A stretch of 61,900 bases of DNA from a virus (lineage: Duplodnaviria > Caudoviricetes). The stretch covers positions 1-61,900 of IMG/VR virus record IMGVR_UViG_3300032227_001666; one strand, 5' to 3'. This document shows, one piece after another, positions 30,901 to 40,096 of the stretch. Both the position numbers and the translations under genes were made by a program. Each line of letters begins with the position of its first letter. Positions within the stretch are counted from its first letter, which is position 1. A model generated the notes under the pieces. The model made no database searches. It saw only the letters and a list, made by a program, of their open reading frames with translations, and was not told where the DNA came from.

Positions 30901-31692
30901 GCCAGCCCAACCAGCTAATGGAATTCTATTGTCTCTATGCAGATTTAAATCCTGTGCTTCTACAATTTCAGTATTGGATGGCCAATAACGCTCCCTGTCT
31001 TGCATTTTTCTGCGGCAAATAACCATGCGATGGTTAGGAGTCACCTTGATGGAAACAGAATTTTCAGTCTTTTTGCCAGAAAGACAAATTAAATTTCCTT
31101 CAAAATCATTTACAACCATTTCATATTTTTCAGTAAATGAAACATTATTAAATTCGTCAAGTTGCGCCAATTTATCAGTTGCCAATACTTCTCTAAAATC
31201 TTTAAATCCATTATTTGTTAATACTTCAGTTCCTTCTATATAACAACTGCCTTGGCTAACAATTTGAATTAGGTTTTCAAACGCTTGCATAAAGTGAACA
31301 GCACCAGAGCTTTCTCCGTTGTTTCTGATAGATGCTCCTCTAGGTCTTAAGTTTCCAAATGTAGCAGAGGTTCCTCCACCATATTTGGTCATCATAGCCA
31401 CTTCTGCCCAAGTATATGCAATAGATTGCATAGAATCGCTTATTGACGATCCAAAACAACTAATGGGCATTCCTCTTTCATTGCCAAAGTTTGTCCAAAT
31501 AGGAGTGGATAGGCTGTACCAACCCTTTTGAAAGTTTTCTTTAAACTTGGCAGCAAATCCCGGTTTGTTAAGCAGCTTTTCGGCTGTATTGCAAATCTCA
31601 TCAACTCTTTGATCAACAGTTTGACCGTCAACCAAATAGTCTCTTTCCAAAAAGATGCGAGAAAGCTCTGTTAACCATCTGTAATCTGACAT
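27973..31692 (-). CDS. nrdA: Ribonucleotide reductase class I alpha subunit containing two inteins
   Basis: LSTP, PISCF, GGG, SQGS|TRRG, SNL|CNEI, VCDLSS, APTKSSS, YY and C-terminal CTSCE; start MSDY after GGAGG. Confidence 0.95.
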   Translation of the reverse strand: MSDYRWLTELSRIFLERDYLVDGQTVDQRVDEICNTAEKLLNKPGFAAKFKENFQKGWYSLSTPIWTNFGNERGMPISCFGSSISDSMQSIAYTWAEVAMMTKYGGGTSATFGNLRPRGASIRNNGESSGAVHFMQAFENLIQIVSQGSCYIEGTEVLTNNGFKDFREVLATDKLAQLDEFNNVSFTEKYEMVVNDFEGNLICLSGKKTENSVSIKVTPNHRMVICRRKMQDRERYWPSNTEIVEAQDLNLHRDNRIPLAGWAGKGDGLSNFDRLRIAYQADGRKDDANRKIRFHFAKERKVQRLEKILNDIGIKYEKKTNPDKTISINFEYEESVKKKTFSEWVRIEEINGIWAQEFIEELSCWDGSVSHGGCITYSSIDKTNIDLVQAIAALADLKTRVRIRPAYGNRRDLHCINISENSYRGGESINKTEEYYKGKVYCAIVPEGRLLVRYQDRVMVCGNTRRGNFAAYLPIDHADIMEFLQIRTEGFAIQDLSYGVCVPDYWMEEMINGDADKRKVWAKVLEMRANFGYPYITFIDNANNNTADCYKENNLKITHSNLCVSGDQIVISDRGMISAKELYEQGGALKLFDNKKVVNASAMQLVEKNADVFKINLSNGMSHTITSYHKVLTSEYNNHHKEVSVVKECKDLKVGDRVAIQTNKGLFGNKDMQEEAFLLGLYQADGTQHEDIIMLDIWENYFDLIDEVENKFSNIHTKYGCDSYEIAMPNGMSYSRGRKAAVFHDCVVSNGTVAKKRLAAKTLKKALNFQKGIVPKWIFESNEETIWQYIRGLLYADGTVFKASSAGEPISISLANINLDFLKQLQLLYANLGLQSSIRILCEAGKQLLPDGKGGHKYFDVKDCWRLIVGNKNDALEIEKNTGFLSRKGIEIDSREYRNNTKKYYKIESIEYVGKEDVYCCTVESEENLWVCNGVITHNCNEIYLPDNEDESFVCDLSSMNILYYDEWKDTDAVELLVYLLDAVMTEFIEKAKNIKFMERAVKFAERHRALGVGWLGWHSYLQSKMIPWESMEAKFHNTQIAKNIKEAAYKASAKLAEEYGEPEVCKGYDRRNTTLLAIAPTKSSSFILGQVSEGIEPHRANYYIKDLQKGKFTIKNAELEKLLKAKGHDTEEVWKSILMNGGSVQHLECLTEEEKNVFKTFAEISPKEIMIQAAQRQKYIDQGQSLNLMIHPSVPTKDVNSLIIEGWKMGIKGLYYQISVNAAQKFARSILTCTSCES
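28876..30006 (-). mobile_element. Intein 2 in NrdA (377 aa) with LAGLIDADG-like domain, inserted before the catalytic Cys
   Basis: Starts CVSGDQ, ITSYHKV, LGLYQADG, IRGLLYADG, ends ITHN|C. Confidence 0.92.
30304..31245 (-). mobile_element. Intein 1 in NrdA (314 aa) with LAGLIDADG-like domain
   Basis: Starts CYIEGTEV, block B VTPNHRM, AYQADG and CWDGS, ends VCGN; +1 residue is Thr. Confidence 0.9.
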
Positions 31693-32678
31693 TAGAATAA
31701 ATCCTCCGATGTGCATGGTTTAGAAAACTTGCTATAAGTAACTGGTTTTTTATGGAAGAAGTCTGTGTTCACTTCGGCATGTATTTCATCTTCGAACCAT
31801 TTTAACTCAGATACCTTATCTGGATCAACATCAAAAACCTTTTTGCCTCCTACCATTTCAAGACTTGCGTTAAATCTGTGTTTGATATATTCTTTTACAT
31901 TTTCTTTTGGCAGGAAAGACAGTTCTCCGGCTTCGAAAATCCAATCGATTATCTTGGATTCTGCTTCATATGCTTTTTTGCAAGCTCTATACAGTTTGTT
32001 ATAAAATTCTTCATTGAACCAATCGGGAAATTCTTTTTGAATAATTTTAATTATATACACCCCAAGAAGAGCATGTATATTTTCTTCAAGTTGAGTAGCT
32101 TGAACAACATTATCAATATCTTTTAAACAATTCATATACTTGTTAAAAGATTTTATAACTAAAAACTGAGAGAATAGACTAACATTTTCTATGAATATGC
32201 TAAACAAAGTTAAAGTTAAAGTATAATTTTCATCGCTATTATCAGAAGCGCCTTTCAAATATTTTGTCAAGTAATCAACTCTACCTTGAATAACAGGATT
32301 TTGTAATAGTTGATCAAATTCATTATTCATTCCTAGAACTTCTAGGAGATGAGAATATGCATCTGAATGCCTTACTTCTGATTCGCCAAATGTTACACCA
32401 ACTTGATCGAATTCAGCTTTTGGAAACCTTTCGCCAAGTTTAGTCCAAAATTTCTTAACGCTTATTTCAATTTGGGAAATTGCAAGCATTGCATTCTTGA
32501 GAATGCTTTTTTCTACATCGTTTAATTTTACATTGAAATCTTGAATATCACCTATAAAGTTCCATTCGCTAACAAGCCAATAGCTATGAGATATTGCGTT
32601 TTTGTATTCTGTAACTTCTGGGTATTCAAAAGGTTTGAAAGCTACTCTTTTTTCAAATATATTTCTTTTAGAAGACAT
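31692..32678 (-). CDS. nrdB: Ribonucleotide reductase class I beta subunit
   Basis: KPFEYP, QIE, ESEVRHSDAY, IENVSLFSQF, EENIH, DFF..KP..Y; GGAGG RBS before ATG 32678. Confidence 0.95.
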   Translation of the reverse strand: MSSKRNIFEKRVAFKPFEYPEVTEYKNAISHSYWLVSEWNFIGDIQDFNVKLNDVEKSILKNAMLAISQIEISVKKFWTKLGERFPKAEFDQVGVTFGESEVRHSDAYSHLLEVLGMNNEFDQLLQNPVIQGRVDYLTKYLKGASDNSDENYTLTLTLFSIFIENVSLFSQFLVIKSFNKYMNCLKDIDNVVQATQLEENIHALLGVYIIKIIQKEFPDWFNEEFYNKLYRACKKAYEAESKIIDWIFEAGELSFLPKENVKEYIKHRFNASLEMVGGKKVFDVDPDKVSELKWFEDEIHAEVNTDFFHKKPVTYSKFSKPCTSEDLF

Positions 32679-32780
32679 TGTTCCTCCGAGTGGCAAAATT
32701 TTCTGGGACAGTTATCTAGTCTTGGGACTAAAATTTTAACCGAACATCTATGCAAATTCAATATTAAAGATAAATACTAT

Positions 32781-33449
32781 ATGGAAAACATAGACGATTT
32801 TTTCTATGAAGAAAAAAGCAAGTATCATCAAAAGTATTTGAAAAAACCAACGCCTTCATTTAAAAATGGGTGGAAAAATATAAAATTACCAGACTTTCCT
32901 GCCAATAGCAGCAAAGAAACTGAAAAAGAAATAAAACACCTTAAAAAACTTATAAATTCTGTGACTTATTCGCAAAAAAGAAGGATTTTGGAACAAGATA
33001 GTGCCAAACATCCATTTGAATTAAAGTTTTTAGATATTGTCAATCAAAAAGATAAGAAGTTTTTAAAAGAATTTGACAATGTTACAAGTCAAGTTTTTAC
33101 GATTGTTATATATTTCAAAGACAAATTTAAAAGGTTAAGACCTGAAAAGATCGCAAAACTTCTTAAAATAGATTATCCAAATATAGTTACCGAAACTGGT
33201 GTTACGCCATCTTATCCTAGTGGACATACTGTTGCTTCATATTTTATAGCAGAATGGCTTAGTAATAAGTTCCCCAAATACAAAAAAGAATTATATGATT
33301 TTGCAGAAGAGTGTTCTGAAAACAGAATGAGACTAGGGGTACACTTCCCTTCTGACATTGAAGCTGGGAGACTTTTGGCAAAAGAGCTTATGAAATATTA
33401 CAAGGACGAAGGCTCCTCTGGATTTAAAGAATGGTTAGATTTCAACTAA
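32781..33449 (+). CDS. PAP2 / vanadium-haloperoxidase-superfamily phosphatase
   Basis: KDKFKRLRP, PSYPSGH, NRMRLGVHFPSD motifs; start moved to ATG 32781 behind TAAATA. Confidence 0.85.
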   Translation: MENIDDFFYEEKSKYHQKYLKKPTPSFKNGWKNIKLPDFPANSSKETEKEIKHLKKLINSVTYSQKRRILEQDSAKHPFELKFLDIVNQKDKKFLKEFDNVTSQVFTIVIYFKDKFKRLRPEKIAKLLKIDYPNIVTETGVTPSYPSGHTVASYFIAEWLSNKFPKYKKELYDFAEECSENRMRLGVHFPSDIEAGRLLAKELMKYYKDEGSSGFKEWLDFN

Positions 33450-35429
33450 GGTTGAAACGCCATTTTTTAGTTCCAAATGAATTGAATCTGAACTTTGAAG
33501 AGCATCGAGCAAATCGTGATGATGGGTAATCAACCAAACTTGTTTATCTTTTGCAAGTTCTTGAATCATGCTTATAATTCCATTCACTCCTTGCAAATCG
33601 ATATTCGATGTTACCTCATCTAAAAATACTAAATTAGGAGTCCTTCCAGAGTTTAAACTCATGATATGAGCGAACGATTGGCTCAAAGCTAAATTTACAC
33701 GTCTTTTTTGACCGCTGCTTAGTGCGTAGTATTGTATATCATCTTTAAAAGAAGGTGCTTTTAAGATTGTTTCTTCAAATTCATTATTAAAATTAATTTG
33801 CATATTTCCTTCGATAAGGAATTGCATCCAATAATTTATATTATTGTTTAAAGCGGGTACAATTTCATCTATAACATATTTGCGAATTCCGGTATCACCA
33901 AAAGCTTGGCTCCAAAATTCAAAGTATTTTGTTTTAGAATTTAAGTTGCTTATTTCTTCTTTTGCAATTCCCACTTCTTTTCCGGTATTTATGAACTTAG
34001 TTTTTGCTTCATCTAATAGGGATTGATAAGGATCCGTTCCTTTTATTTCTAGGCTCTTATCTTTAATTTGTTCTTCTAAAGTTTCTTTCTTATTTTCATA
34101 AGCTCTGATCTTTGTTTCGGATTCTGGCTTTTTAACTTGTTTATATGTTTCTATTTGAGAAACTGCGTTTTTCTTGGTATTTACGGCGTTTGCAATACCT
34201 GTTTTTAATTTGGCAATAGTTTCTGCGAGTTTAGTTATAGAATCATTGAAGACAGATAGTGATTCATTTTTTAATTTAATTTCAACAATTTTTTCTTCTG
34301 TTTTAGTTTTTAATTCTAAAACTTCAGACATATGTGAATCCAACATAGATTGATAATTGCTAGAATCTATTGTTGAATGGCAATGATTGCACTTAACTCC
34401 TGGCTCAAGGCTTTTGAGTTTGTCTATATTTTTTGAAATATCAATTATTTGTTTTGACAGTCTGGATTTTTCTTGTTCCAACGAATATACTTCGTTGTCA
34501 ATTGCACCTTTGGCTTGTTTCTCAGAATCGTATTTTTTCTGTGTTGATTCCAAAGCTGTTTCTGCTTTGTTTTTTAGATTGTCGGTTTCTTCTATCTTTT
34601 TCTCTAGCTCTTTAATCTTGTCTTGTGCATCAAGATATTTCTTGAGTGATTCATCATCTTTTTTCAGTTTTTCAATTTCTGCATTTATAAGCAGAATTGT
34701 TTGTTCTAATTTTTTGATTTCATCTTCTTTTGTCTTCTTCCATAATTTTTGCGAAGATTCAAGGGATTCTATAGATGATCTTGCGTCTTTTAGTGTTTGT
34801 TCAAGGTAAGACAAGTCTTTATCTTTTACTTTTATATTTTCTTTATGTTCTTTGAGCATCTTTTTCGTATTTTCATTATACGAACGATATTTTTCCAAAG
34901 ACAATAAATTTTCTACAATCTCTCTCTTTTTTGCGGTATCGCATTCAAGAAAAGATACGGAATTATCATCTGTAAACACGCAGATATTTACAAATGTATC
35001 ATAATTAAGACCGAGAATGTTCTCTATTTCTTTTTGTGTTGCTGGCATTCCTCCTAGTGTAATTTCATCGGCACCTTTCCACAAACGCAATCCATCTGGT
35101 TTTCTAGTGCGAATTACCTTGTAATCATCCCAGCAAACTTCAACTTCCATTTGTTTGGAAGTGACATTGTTTATAATGTCTACCTGTTTAATCTTTACTG
35201 GATTTTTTACTGTTTTACCATATAAGCCATACACTAAAGCATCAATTATGCTTGATTTGCCAACACCATTGCTGGAGTGTTTATTTTCTTCGCCTTCATC
35301 TTGTATATCTAAATTTCTGCCATTAATAACGACGACATTTCCATATTTTTTAAAGTCAATTTCTATTCCATCTTTGCCATAGCAAAAGAAGTTTTTAGCT
35401 CTAACTTTTTTGAAATCGATCTTCTTCAC
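33435..35429 (-). CDS. SbcC/Rad50-like recombination ATPase (T4 gp46-like)
   Basis: NGVGKS, CNHC zinc hook, coiled coils, LSSGQ, FLDE, ITH motifs. Confidence 0.93.
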   Translation of the reverse strand: MKKIDFKKVRAKNFFCYGKDGIEIDFKKYGNVVVINGRNLDIQDEGEENKHSSNGVGKSSIIDALVYGLYGKTVKNPVKIKQVDIINNVTSKQMEVEVCWDDYKVIRTRKPDGLRLWKGADEITLGGMPATQKEIENILGLNYDTFVNICVFTDDNSVSFLECDTAKKREIVENLLSLEKYRSYNENTKKMLKEHKENIKVKDKDLSYLEQTLKDARSSIESLESSQKLWKKTKEDEIKKLEQTILLINAEIEKLKKDDESLKKYLDAQDKIKELEKKIEETDNLKNKAETALESTQKKYDSEKQAKGAIDNEVYSLEQEKSRLSKQIIDISKNIDKLKSLEPGVKCNHCHSTIDSSNYQSMLDSHMSEVLELKTKTEEKIVEIKLKNESLSVFNDSITKLAETIAKLKTGIANAVNTKKNAVSQIETYKQVKKPESETKIRAYENKKETLEEQIKDKSLEIKGTDPYQSLLDEAKTKFINTGKEVGIAKEEISNLNSKTKYFEFWSQAFGDTGIRKYVIDEIVPALNNNINYWMQFLIEGNMQINFNNEFEETILKAPSFKDDIQYYALSSGQKRRVNLALSQSFAHIMSLNSGRTPNLVFLDEVTSNIDLQGVNGIISMIQELAKDKQVWLITHHHDLLDALQSSDSIHLELKNGVSTLVEI

Positions 35430-35430
35430 T

Positions 35431-36498
35431 TTAATTTCCTTGATATCGAGTTATTTGAATTCCCAAATCAATTAATGTTTGTTTGTCGAAACCTTCTGGC
35501 GAAACTTGTTCAACATATCTTTGAATTAATTTGTTTTCATCTCCCAATATTAATTTAGCATCTGTAATTTCATGTTCTTGTAGTTCTTTTGGTTTTTGTC
35601 TAATTTGAAGGGTTTCAACTCCAAGGTCGGATATCTTTGATTCAATAAGTTTTTTCTGGTCTGGAGTTATATCTTCTTCTTGGATATAAACTACAAAACC
35701 ATTCTTTAATTCATCTTTGTTTACATTGTCTATTTCAGATTGTTTAATATAAAAATGTTTGGGGCTGAAGTTATTTTCGATATATTTTTTATCATTTGTT
35801 TTAGTATCGAGCAAAATAATATGTTTTTGTTCCCCTGCTTCTCCAAAAGAAAGCTGCAAAGGGCTTCCTATGTATTCCATGTTTGGAGCAAGTTTTTGCG
35901 CTCCGTGATAATGTCCAAAGAAAGAGTGTTTGTATCTTTTAAATAAAGACCTGTCGATCTTTATCATATCTCCGTCGTGTTCAATGGCTACATCGGCTAT
36001 TGAACCGGCAGAATTCAATTTAGCTCCATCAATTGAAATGTGACCTAAAAGATACTTTTTTTCTATATCTTTGTGGTTTAATTTTTCTAGTTCGTCAATA
36101 GGATTATGAGTGTATGGTAAAAAATGCCATGTTGAATCAAATACTTCCAATTCTTTAGTTTCGGTTACTGTTGTGAAATTTTTAAGAGATTCAAAAGGAA
36201 GAATGCTGTTAATGCTTGCATTTTGAGAAAACCACATGTCGTGATTGCCAAGCAGCAACCAAGTTTTAAAACGATTTTTTTCATATTTCTTGAGAATCTT
36301 ATAAGTTTCAACATATGTCAAAGAGTCAATCTTTTGCCTTTCGTGCAAAAGATCGCCTCCGAACAATACTGCATCCACATTGTTTTCAATTGCTTGTTGG
36401 AAAACCCAATCAAGAGTTTTCAAACAATCTTGTAATCGTTCATTCCTCCTTTTGTGGGGATGAACATGTATATCTGAGAATAAAAGTATGTTTGCCAT
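35431..36498 (-). CDS. SbcD/Mre11-like nuclease (T4 gp47-like)
   Basis: SDIH, GGDL, GNHD, GH, GHYH, YIGSP metallophosphoesterase motifs. Confidence 0.93.
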   Translation of the reverse strand: MANILLFSDIHVHPHKRRNERLQDCLKTLDWVFQQAIENNVDAVLFGGDLLHERQKIDSLTYVETYKILKKYEKNRFKTWLLLGNHDMWFSQNASINSILPFESLKNFTTVTETKELEVFDSTWHFLPYTHNPIDELEKLNHKDIEKKYLLGHISIDGAKLNSAGSIADVAIEHDGDMIKIDRSLFKRYKHSFFGHYHGAQKLAPNMEYIGSPLQLSFGEAGEQKHIILLDTKTNDKKYIENNFSPKHFYIKQSEIDNVNKDELKNGFVVYIQEEDITPDQKKLIESKISDLGVETLQIRQKPKELQEHEITDAKLILGDENKLIQRYVEQVSPEGFDKQTLIDLGIQITRYQGN

Positions 36499-36539
36499 AC
36501 CGTTCATTTTAGGACGGCATTAGAATAAAACCCACACAA

Positions 36540-36896
36540 TTAAAGTTTTTTTGCTTGTTTCAAAAGTTTTTCTTCTTTGCCAAGCTGGTCAACCCAAGCC
36601 TGAAGTAGTTCCCAAGGGTCGTTTGAATCTATTTTTTCTGCTTTTGTTGTTGGGGAAGTAGTTCCAGATAAGCCACCACCACCCAAATCTGTAGGAGATC
36701 CACCTAAATCAGGTGGAGGAGCGCCTCCTGCTGGGGCACCGCCCATTCCCAAATCAGGTGGAGGAGCGCCTCCTGCCGGGGCACCTCCTGCCGGGGCACC
36801 TCCTGCTGGAGGACCGCCTGGGGGCGGACTACCAGCTCCGCCTGGTGGTGGCGCATCTGCTTCTGTCAATAATATAAATTCTTTGAATGTTCTCAC
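36540..36896 (-). CDS. Pro/Gly-rich protein with capsid-targeting-like N-terminus
   Basis: GTG start, MRTFKEFILLTE; GGAPA and GGAPPPDLG repeats; TATAAATA 4 nt upstream. Confidence 0.75.
   Translation of the reverse strand: MRTFKEFILLTEADAPPPGGAGSPPPGGPPAGGAPAGGAPAGGAPPPDLGMGGAPAGGAPPPDLGGSPTDLGGGGLSGTTSPTTKAEKIDSNDPWELLQAWVDQLGKEEKLLKQAKKL
36700..36815 (-). repeat. Coding tandem repeats (15-nt GGAPA units; duplicated 26-nt block)
   Basis: AAATCAGGTGGAGGAGCGCCTCCTGC occurs twice; GGGGCACCTCCTGC repeated. Confidence 0.7.
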
Positions 36897-36900
36897 ATTT

Positions 36901-36921
36901 TATTTATAGAATGAATACATA
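36901..36921. promoter_or_regulatory. Back-to-back late promoters: TATAAATA (minus) and TACATA (plus)
   Basis: T4 late consensus TATAAATA at 36908-36901; TACATA at 36916-36921, 7 nt before ATG 36929. Confidence 0.6.
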
Positions 36922-36928
36922 TTTTTGT

Positions 36929-37372
36929 ATGATTAATTTTAATGAATGGAAAATTTTGAATGAGGAAGAAAGTAAAATTCCTCAAAATTTAAACCAAGCT
37001 CCGATTCTCACACCAAAAGATGTGAAAGCATTAAAGCCTTTATCTGTAACTCCAAAAATAAAACCTTGGAAAGCAGGAAAAGAAGAAATTACGAAATACT
37101 GGAAAGCTTTGGCTGGAAACCTGCCTCTTGCTATTAGTCCTATTCCATATGATCATGAAGGAACTACAATTCAAGAAGATGGAATTCGTATTACCGGATC
37201 CAAAGAGTTTATAACAAGTGTATTGTCTAGATTAAAAGACTTCTTAACATTCGAAAATCCAAATGACAAACTAGTAGTATCTTATCGCCAATCACCAAAA
37301 AGTTTTATAAAAGGAAATAAAAACAGTTATAGCTTTTACTTACAAGTAAAAGAAAGAGGAAAAAGAAATTAA
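36929..37372 (+). CDS. Hypothetical protein, candidate internal head protein
   Basis: Starts MINFNEWKILNE. Confidence 0.7.
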   Translation: MINFNEWKILNEEESKIPQNLNQAPILTPKDVKALKPLSVTPKIKPWKAGKEEITKYWKALAGNLPLAISPIPYDHEGTTIQEDGIRITGSKEFITSVLSRLKDFLTFENPNDKLVVSYRQSPKSFIKGNKNSYSFYLQVKERGKRN

Positions 37373-37536
37373 TTCAACATCAATATAGATTTGCTTTCTT
37401 CCAATAAATTTTCTGTTTTAATTATTGATTGATCTATTTTTATTTTTAAATTATGATTCTTATCAACCATACTTTGCATTTTCTTTTCTAAAATGTCCAT
37501 AATTTTTACGACTTCTGCAATTTTTTCGTTTGACAT
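37369..37536 (-). CDS. Small helical protein (55 aa), absent from the ORF track
   Basis: MSNEKIAEVVKIMDILEKKMQSMVDKN...; AAGGGG RBS; fills the intergenic gap. Confidence 0.55.
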   Translation of the reverse strand: MSNEKIAEVVKIMDILEKKMQSMVDKNHNLKIKIDQSIIKTENLLEESKSILMLN

Positions 37537-37620
37537 TTTTTCCCCTTACTTTTTGGAGCATAATTATTTATAATCTCCGGGGTTCTTTTTTCAAACATTT
37601 GGTATTTAAATAGGACAAAC

Positions 37621-38676
37621 ATGACTAATTTTGATTTGACCGCCGAACAGCAGTCTGCAATTGATTTTGTGACAAAAAACTGTGTTAAAAAAAAGCAAGT
37701 CCTTTTGGGAGGTTTGGCTGGCACAGGGAAAAGCACTTGTTTAGTAGAGATATCACAGAATTTTCCAGATTTTGCTGTATGTGCTTTTACAGGAAAGGCT
37801 TGTAATGTTCTGAGACGAAAGGGTCTTAGAAATGCCGCCACTATTCATTCTACAATATTTGATGTTATAGTTGGAGTAGACAACGAACCAGAATATACTT
37901 TAAAGCCTAAGCATAAACTTGGATTTGGCGGTTTTATTGTAGATGAAGCAAGTATGGTAAGCGAAGAGCTTTATGATGCTCTTTCTTATTACAAGATTCC
38001 AATGATTTTTGTAGGAGATCATGGGCAACTTGAGCCTGTTGGAACAAAATTCAATTTGATGCAAAAGCCTGACATTAAATTAGAGAAAATACATAGAAAT
38101 GCCAATTTTATTGCTAGGTTTGCCCATCACTTGAGAGATGGCAAAGAAGCCGAAACATTTAAATGCAAAGATGAAACTGTAAAGATTGTTCCAAGAAAAT
38201 CTTTGGCAGAGAAAGATTTACTTGGAGTAGATCAGATAATTTGTGCTTTTAACAAAACTAGAGTTAGCATAAATTCTTTTGTAAGAAAAAAACTTGAGAA
38301 AAAAGGTATTATCGATGAAAACGAACGAATAATTTGCTTGAAAAACAACAGGGAATTTGGTATATTTAATGGTATGCAAGTCATTGTGGAGAAAGTCTTT
38401 AAGAATAAAATACGTTTCCGTGATGACAATCAAAAAACTTTAGATATACCAATAGAACTATCTCAATTTGGAAGTGTTTCTTTGGCAGAAAACGCTAACA
38501 AAGATCGCAACAAAGGGTTTTTTGATTATTCCTATTGCATAACAGCTCACAAAAGTCAAGGCGATGAATTTGATAAGATTTTGGTAATTGAGGAAAAATG
38601 TGATCTCTGGGATTCAAAGAGGTGGTCTTATACTGCTGCTTCAAGAGCCAAAGAAAGCATTATCTGGGCAAAGTGA
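37621..38676 (+). CDS. SF1B helicase (Dda/RecD-like)
   Basis: GLAGTGKS, AFTGKA, TIHS, VDEASM, GDHGQL, TAHKSQG, YTAASRA motifs. Confidence 0.92.
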   Translation: MTNFDLTAEQQSAIDFVTKNCVKKKQVLLGGLAGTGKSTCLVEISQNFPDFAVCAFTGKACNVLRRKGLRNAATIHSTIFDVIVGVDNEPEYTLKPKHKLGFGGFIVDEASMVSEELYDALSYYKIPMIFVGDHGQLEPVGTKFNLMQKPDIKLEKIHRNANFIARFAHHLRDGKEAETFKCKDETVKIVPRKSLAEKDLLGVDQIICAFNKTRVSINSFVRKKLEKKGIIDENERIICLKNNREFGIFNGMQVIVEKVFKNKIRFRDDNQKTLDIPIELSQFGSVSLAENANKDRNKGFFDYSYCITAHKSQGDEFDKILVIEEKCDLWDSKRWSYTAASRAKESIIWAK

Positions 38677-38683
38677 GAAAGTT

Positions 38684-40096
38684 ATGGCACATATAGTAGT
38701 AAACAATGACACAAGTGTATTGACAACAAACAATCAAGAATTGTTGAAGTTCCTTTTTGAAAATTTAAGATTTCGGGACAGATCGTATTTCCACAACCCA
38801 AGATACAAAGCAAAGCTTTGGGATGGGTTTACAAACTTTTTCAATAAAAATAACGGCAAGTTTTTAAGCGGATTACTTCCAGAAGTAATCGGTTCTTGCA
38901 AACATTTTAACGAGCCAGTAACTTTTACAGATAATAGAACCAAAACAAACTTTGCAATACAAAACATCGATAAAGACTTTTTTAAACCTTTTACTCCAAA
39001 AGGTGAGAAAATAATAACCCTTGAAGATTATCAAGTTGAATTAGCAAACCAAGCAATTAAAAATAAAAGAGGTATTATATTCGCTCCCACATCAGCCGGC
39101 AAAAGTAAGATCATGCTTTCTATTCTTAAGTGTTTGCCACCAGACACAAAAACACTAATTCTTCAAAATAGAAAAACTCTTGCTGCACAAAACTACGAAG
39201 AATATGTAAACTGGGGGCTTCCAAATGTCGGAAGAATCTGGCAAGGACATAATGAACCAAATACATTTACAGTTTCAACTGTGCAAAGTATTGAAAAAGC
39301 AGAACATATATTAAAAGATACAGAAGTTTTACTTGTTGATGAAATACATGATATGATGTCTGCCGGTCCTAAGAATGTTTACAGAAAGCTTAAAAATTGT
39401 TCTATAAGAATTGCCGTTAGCGCAACTCCATTCAAACATGGAGAGAAAGATAAAATTCAAAAATTTTATGTCAAAGGATTTTTTGGTCCAATATTTAAAA
39501 TTCAATCAGCCCAAGGTGGTGTTCTAACTACAAAAGAACTACAAGATAGAGGAAGGCTTTCTAAGAGTCATTGTACTTTCCATACAATAAAATCACCTCA
39601 ACTAGATTATGAAGTTTACATCGATGCTGTAACAAAGGGTCTTGTAGAAAATGATGAGTTTCATAAAAAAGTGGTAAATCTTACTTTTGACATGAAAGGA
39701 AGAACTTTAATTTTGGTAGAAAGAATCGCTCATGGAGACATATTAAAAAATTTAATTCCTCATGCATATTGGGTAAAAGGACAAGATAATAACGAAACAA
39801 GAAAAGATGTTATTGATAGACTTCAAAAATCAGAAGAGTGTATTGCAATAGCAACTCATGGAATTTTTAATACAGGTATTAATGTTTTCGTACACAATTT
39901 GATAAACGCCGCTGGTGGACAAGCAGAACATCTTATTATTCAAAGAATGGGCAGAGGATTGAGAACTGCCGAAGACAAAGACATATTAAATTATCATGAT
40001 TTTATATTTGATATAAATCCATATCTTTATAAACACAGTAAAAAGAGAGTGAAGATATTAAAAGACCAAGGACATAAAGTTGTAGTCTTAGACTAA
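38684..40096 (+). CDS. SF2 helicase (UvsW-like)
   Basis: WDG, YQ, PTSAGKS, DEIH, SATP, TGIN, QRMGRGLR motifs. Confidence 0.92.
   Translation: MAHIVVNNDTSVLTTNNQELLKFLFENLRFRDRSYFHNPRYKAKLWDGFTNFFNKNNGKFLSGLLPEVIGSCKHFNEPVTFTDNRTKTNFAIQNIDKDFFKPFTPKGEKIITLEDYQVELANQAIKNKRGIIFAPTSAGKSKIMLSILKCLPPDTKTLILQNRKTLAAQNYEEYVNWGLPNVGRIWQGHNEPNTFTVSTVQSIEKAEHILKDTEVLLVDEIHDMMSAGPKNVYRKLKNCSIRIAVSATPFKHGEKDKIQKFYVKGFFGPIFKIQSAQGGVLTTKELQDRGRLSKSHCTFHTIKSPQLDYEVYIDAVTKGLVENDEFHKKVVNLTFDMKGRTLILVERIAHGDILKNLIPHAYWVKGQDNNETRKDVIDRLQKSEECIAIATHGIFNTGINVFVHNLINAAGGQAEHLIIQRMGRGLRTAEDKDILNYHDFIFDINPYLYKHSKKRVKILKDQGHKVVVLD

Noticed and set aside
25972-32678. Bacterial chromosomal origin of the metabolic genes, or a specific host assignment
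   Set aside because: The genes are interleaved with phage-type genes of similar composition; the host cannot be determined from this sequence without phylogeny.
32541-32780. Extended N-termini in the ORF track (also 5604, 31716, 36887, 38588, 40428, 45755, 56164, 57202, 58433, 61255)
   Set aside because: They overlap neighbouring genes or regulatory sites; downstream ATGs with an RBS or late-promoter motif fit better.
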